Shown: in pieces, positions 61,128 to 64,000 of the stretch
How the letters are laid out: every line of letters starts with the position of its first letter
Position numbering within the stretch: the first letter of the stretch is position 1
Origin: an uncultured delta proteobacterium
GTDB taxonomy: Bacteria > Desulfobacterota > WTBG01
Assembly: GCA_963793865.1 (NCBI GenBank)
Contig: CAWCBP010000001.1
Location: 992,001-1,056,000, forward strand
Length of the DNA: 64,000 bases
Reading direction: 5' to 3'
Notes under the pieces: generated by a model
Seen by the model: the letters and a program-made list of their open reading frames with translations, nothing else
Told to the model about the DNA's origin: nothing
Databases searched by the model: none
Translations under genes and position numbers: made by a program

Positions 61128-62222
61128 CTATCCGCAAGCTTCCATAAGCACCGCTTCTGTTTCTTGAGCCACACGGTCCCAGTTGTAATAGCCGATGACA
61201 TCATTTCTGGCCTGCTTGCCCAGCCGGACGCCCTTCTCCCTGTCCGCTTTCAGTGTCAGCAGCGACTCTGTGATCGCCCCGATATCATTGGGCACCAGAA
61301 TCCCATTGACCCCGTGCCGGATAACCTTTGAAAGCTGGCCCATATCGGAGGCGATGACCGGTTTTCCCGCAGCCATGTAATCGAACAGCTTCAGTGATGA
61401 GCCGTAGAAGCCGTAGCTGAGCCAGTCATAGGGCTTGTAAAGACACAGGCAGGCATCAGCGGCGGCAAGGTAGTGCGGAAGGTCGTGGTAGCTCATCTGC
61501 CGCAGAACCAGCACATTGCTGAGCACCGGGAGCGGCACCAGGCTTTCCCCCGTCACAAAAACAAACAAAATCTGCCTGTCGCGCTTCGCCATTTCCCGGG
61601 CGACTTCAAGCATCAATTCTATCCCCTGCCAGGGAGTGGCCGCATTGCCCATCCAGAACACCTTGAATGTGCCCTGAAAGCGATGGAGCACTGTTTCATC
61701 CGCGCGCCCGGGATCGAATAGATTGGGATCGGATCCATTGGGGATGGAATACGACTTCCTGATGCCCAAATCATCCCCGATATAGTCCTTGAGCACTTCC
61801 GACACACCGATGCCGGCATCGACCAGACGTGCGAGTGCCTTTCTTTTCCTGTTTTCCCGCTTAATCAGTACATCCCGCTCCCTGCCCGGCGGATAGCTTC
61901 CCTGCAGCTCTTCAACCGGGGCATTTACCTCCCATACCACGGGGAGGGAAAAGGGGCGCAGAAGTTTGAGCAACGTTGCGCGTTCCAGATATGAATGCAC
62001 CGGCCTTCCGGCAATCCTGATATAGAGCACGTCGGCTGAACGGGCCAGTCTGATCGCACCTGCCTTGCTCCGCTCATAGTGAATGCATTCCGGATCTTCG
62101 TCTCCCAGGCAGGACAGGATGGTGTGTCCCCTTTTTTTAAGAGCCCGCACCAGGTTGTAGCCATGGACAGATCTTCCCATGGTCAGCGGGTAGTACGGAA
62201 CGTAAAATAATCCGATCTTCAT
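61128..62222 (-). CDS. Glycosyltransferase family 4
   Basis: WEVNAP, IPNGSD, WQGIE, SSLKLFDYMAAGKPV. Confidence 0.9.
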   Translation of the reverse strand: MKIGLFYVPYYPLTMGRSVHGYNLVRALKKRGHTILSCLGDEDPECIHYERSKAGAIRLARSADVLYIRIAGRPVHSYLERATLLKLLRPFSLPVVWEVNAPVEELQGSYPPGRERDVLIKRENRKRKALARLVDAGIGVSEVLKDYIGDDLGIRKSYSIPNGSDPNLFDPGRADETVLHRFQGTFKVFWMGNAATPWQGIELMLEVAREMAKRDRQILFVFVTGESLVPLPVLSNVLVLRQMSYHDLPHYLAAADACLCLYKPYDWLSYGFYGSSLKLFDYMAAGKPVIASDMGQLSKVIRHGVNGILVPNDIGAITESLLTLKADREKGVRLGKQARNDVIGYYNWDRVAQETEAVLMEACG

Positions 62223-62251
62223 AATCACACGTCCTGCCGGGGGCGGGAAAA

Positions 62252-63034
62252 TTATCCGATTACCTGCCATAAATACTGTTGCCAGTCTCTGCCCCACTTT
62301 TGTCTGAACAGTTCCCGGTTATGTTCGAAATCAACCGTTATCAGGCCGCTTGAGCGGGTCTTCTCTTCATGGTGTATGAGGACCGATTGCGGCTGGTAGA
62401 AAACTATTTTATTTTTTTGTTTTAATTGCACGCACAAATCCGCATCTTCACATCCGTACCAATACCGCTCATCGAAGCAGGCATCCTCTCTCCTGATGAG
62501 CAGGCAGGCCCCTGTCAGGTTAGTCACCGGACCCGCAACATTTGCTTCCTGTGTTGAATGATGCACCCTGCCATCCCTGAAGCGGTGCCTTTGAAATCCG
62601 GTCTCCGGGTTCATTTCGTATCCGGCAAACTGGATGCTGCCGTCCGGGAAAATCAGTTTTGGTCCCACGGCCCCAACGTTCACATCTCCAGCGATAACCT
62701 CATACAACGGAGGCAGCCATCCCGGCAACACCTCTACATCATTATTCATAAAACAGATATAATCGCCCCGGGCAGACGCGGCGCCCCGGTTGTTGGCGTG
62801 TGCATATGAGGCGTTCTGTTCCAAACGGATGAGGACAACAGGAAAAGAGGTCAGCGCCATCAGTGTATGCAGAGAGTATTGAATCCTTGACCCATTATCC
62901 ACAATGACCAGATCTGCTACCAGATCTCTCTCCGTATGCTCATCGATGCTGATGAGACACTTCTCAAGATATTCGCTAAGATCGTGCGAGACTATAACGA
63001 TTGAGACCTTTTTATCCATATGCTCATTCATCAT
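62252..63034 (-). CDS. Glycosyltransferase family 2
   Basis: VSIVIV, IVDNGS, ANNRGA, FMNNDV, GACLL, EDADLC. Confidence 0.93.
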   Translation of the reverse strand: MMNEHMDKKVSIVIVSHDLSEYLEKCLISIDEHTERDLVADLVIVDNGSRIQYSLHTLMALTSFPVVLIRLEQNASYAHANNRGAASARGDYICFMNNDVEVLPGWLPPLYEVIAGDVNVGAVGPKLIFPDGSIQFAGYEMNPETGFQRHRFRDGRVHHSTQEANVAGPVTNLTGACLLIRREDACFDERYWYGCEDADLCVQLKQKNKIVFYQPQSVLIHHEEKTRSSGLITVDFEHNRELFRQKWGRDWQQYLWQVIG

Positions 63035-63960
63035 ACGGTTGCCGCCGCTGCGTCCTTCGGATGCTGATGCAACATTGTTTTTATCAGATCATGCACTTTA
63101 TCGACCGTGATCGAATCCCGGCATTTCCAGTTTGCACATTGATTCCACGCCCTATCGTTCCCGTAGCAGGGATAGCAGGCCAGCTCCGGCTTTATGACCC
63201 GGGCATGCGGATTATAGTAGGGACCGCTTTTCATATCACTGGTGGCGGTAAAGATGGCAACCTGCTTTTTTCTCAGTGCGGCGGCTAGATGCATAAGGCC
63301 GCTGTCATTGGACACAAACAGGTCGCATTGATGTATCAGCGCGGCCGTTTCCTGAATGGGCAGATTGTTGTATGCCGTGACTTCCCGGTGCCCAATTATT
63401 TCATCTCTTGATCCGCAGCAATACACATGGCATCCATCTTGTACCAGCAGGTCCACAAGCTCCTCATAATGCGTCCATTTTCTTCGCTCCCAATAGGTTC
63501 TTTCCGTGCATCCCGCATGAATCAATACGCTCAATGGGTTTAAGCTGAAGTTCCTCTCTGCAATATTCAATCGCGGGGTTTTAAATGCCTTCGCGCCCAG
63601 CTTTTCCGCGGCCCGGCAATACTGCCCGTATTCCGAATACTTCTTCCAATCCCGCGTGAGCTTGAGGTATTTTTTTGCGTTGTCCACCCGGTGATCCGAC
63701 AGAAAAGAGACTATGCACACATCATATTCCTCTTCCCGGCTGACATAGTTGTTTTCATAAATGTCGCGCACATAGGGTTGACCCCTGACCGCATCGGCAA
63801 TACCCGCGTACATAAACCCGCTGAGGAAGAGATCGCAGGTATTCCCCAGCTCATGCAGCGCTTGAACGGCTGTAAGGGCCTGAAGCATATTGCCCAGGCC
63901 GCATCCGTCACCCAGGCAAAATGCGATTGTTTTAACGGTCTTTTTCCACCTGAGATTCAT
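63031..63960 (-). CDS. Glycosyltransferase family 9 (heptosyltransferase-like)
   Basis: GLGNML, RRKW, FVSNDSGLMHLAAAL, CYPC...C...C. Confidence 0.9.
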   Translation of the reverse strand: MNLRWKKTVKTIAFCLGDGCGLGNMLQALTAVQALHELGNTCDLFLSGFMYAGIADAVRGQPYVRDIYENNYVSREEEYDVCIVSFLSDHRVDNAKKYLKLTRDWKKYSEYGQYCRAAEKLGAKAFKTPRLNIAERNFSLNPLSVLIHAGCTERTYWERRKWTHYEELVDLLVQDGCHVYCCGSRDEIIGHREVTAYNNLPIQETAALIHQCDLFVSNDSGLMHLAAALRKKQVAIFTATSDMKSGPYYNPHARVIKPELACYPCYGNDRAWNQCANWKCRDSITVDKVHDLIKTMLHQHPKDAAAATV

Positions 63961-64000
63961 GCGCGAATGCCCTGATTGATATCCGGGTATGTCCCTGTTT

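Noticed and set aside
63957..64000. 3' end of an upstream minus-strand gene (possible ATGA overlap with the GT9 start)
   Set aside because: Only 13 codons are visible, too little to call.

Overview
Bacterial chromosomal window of mid GC content. Gene content (tungsten AOR, Hcr-like Mo enzyme, DUF362, exosortase H) suggests an anaerobe of Desulfobacterota/deltaproteobacterial type; this is inference, not a taxonomic assignment. Layout: (1) 1-18.9 kb mostly housekeeping: SPOR protein (partial), smc, ftsY, AmmeMemoRadiSam B/A fusion, Opp-type ABC importer, mlaEFDC, tRNA-Gln and tRNA-Glu, LysM lytic transglycosylase. (2) 19-28 kb accessory redox block containing a ferredoxin-dependent bilin reductase (FDBR/RCCR)-like protein and a degenerate HemF-fold protein around an MFS transporter, cysteine hydrolase and nitroreductase, followed by an AOR and a DUF6599/Tat-DUF362 pair. 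(3) asnS, then an IPTL-CTERM surface protein with exosortase H. (4) 32.5-40.4 kb minus-strand cluster: MFS, MocA-like, 4-hydroxybenzoyl-CoA-reductase-like Mo enzyme with altered motifs, Fe-S flavoprotein and an unusual six-repeat AGE-fold protein. (5) 42.4-64 kb surface glycosylation cluster (GT9, GT2, six GT4, WecA-like, AsnB, three GT-C enzymes) with two embedded membrane-anchored transglutaminase-like proteins. Several REP-like palindrome families lie between genes. About 20 single-base frameshifts split otherwise intact genes and most likely reflect sequencing or assembly error. All family calls come from motif recognition by eye; no searches were run.
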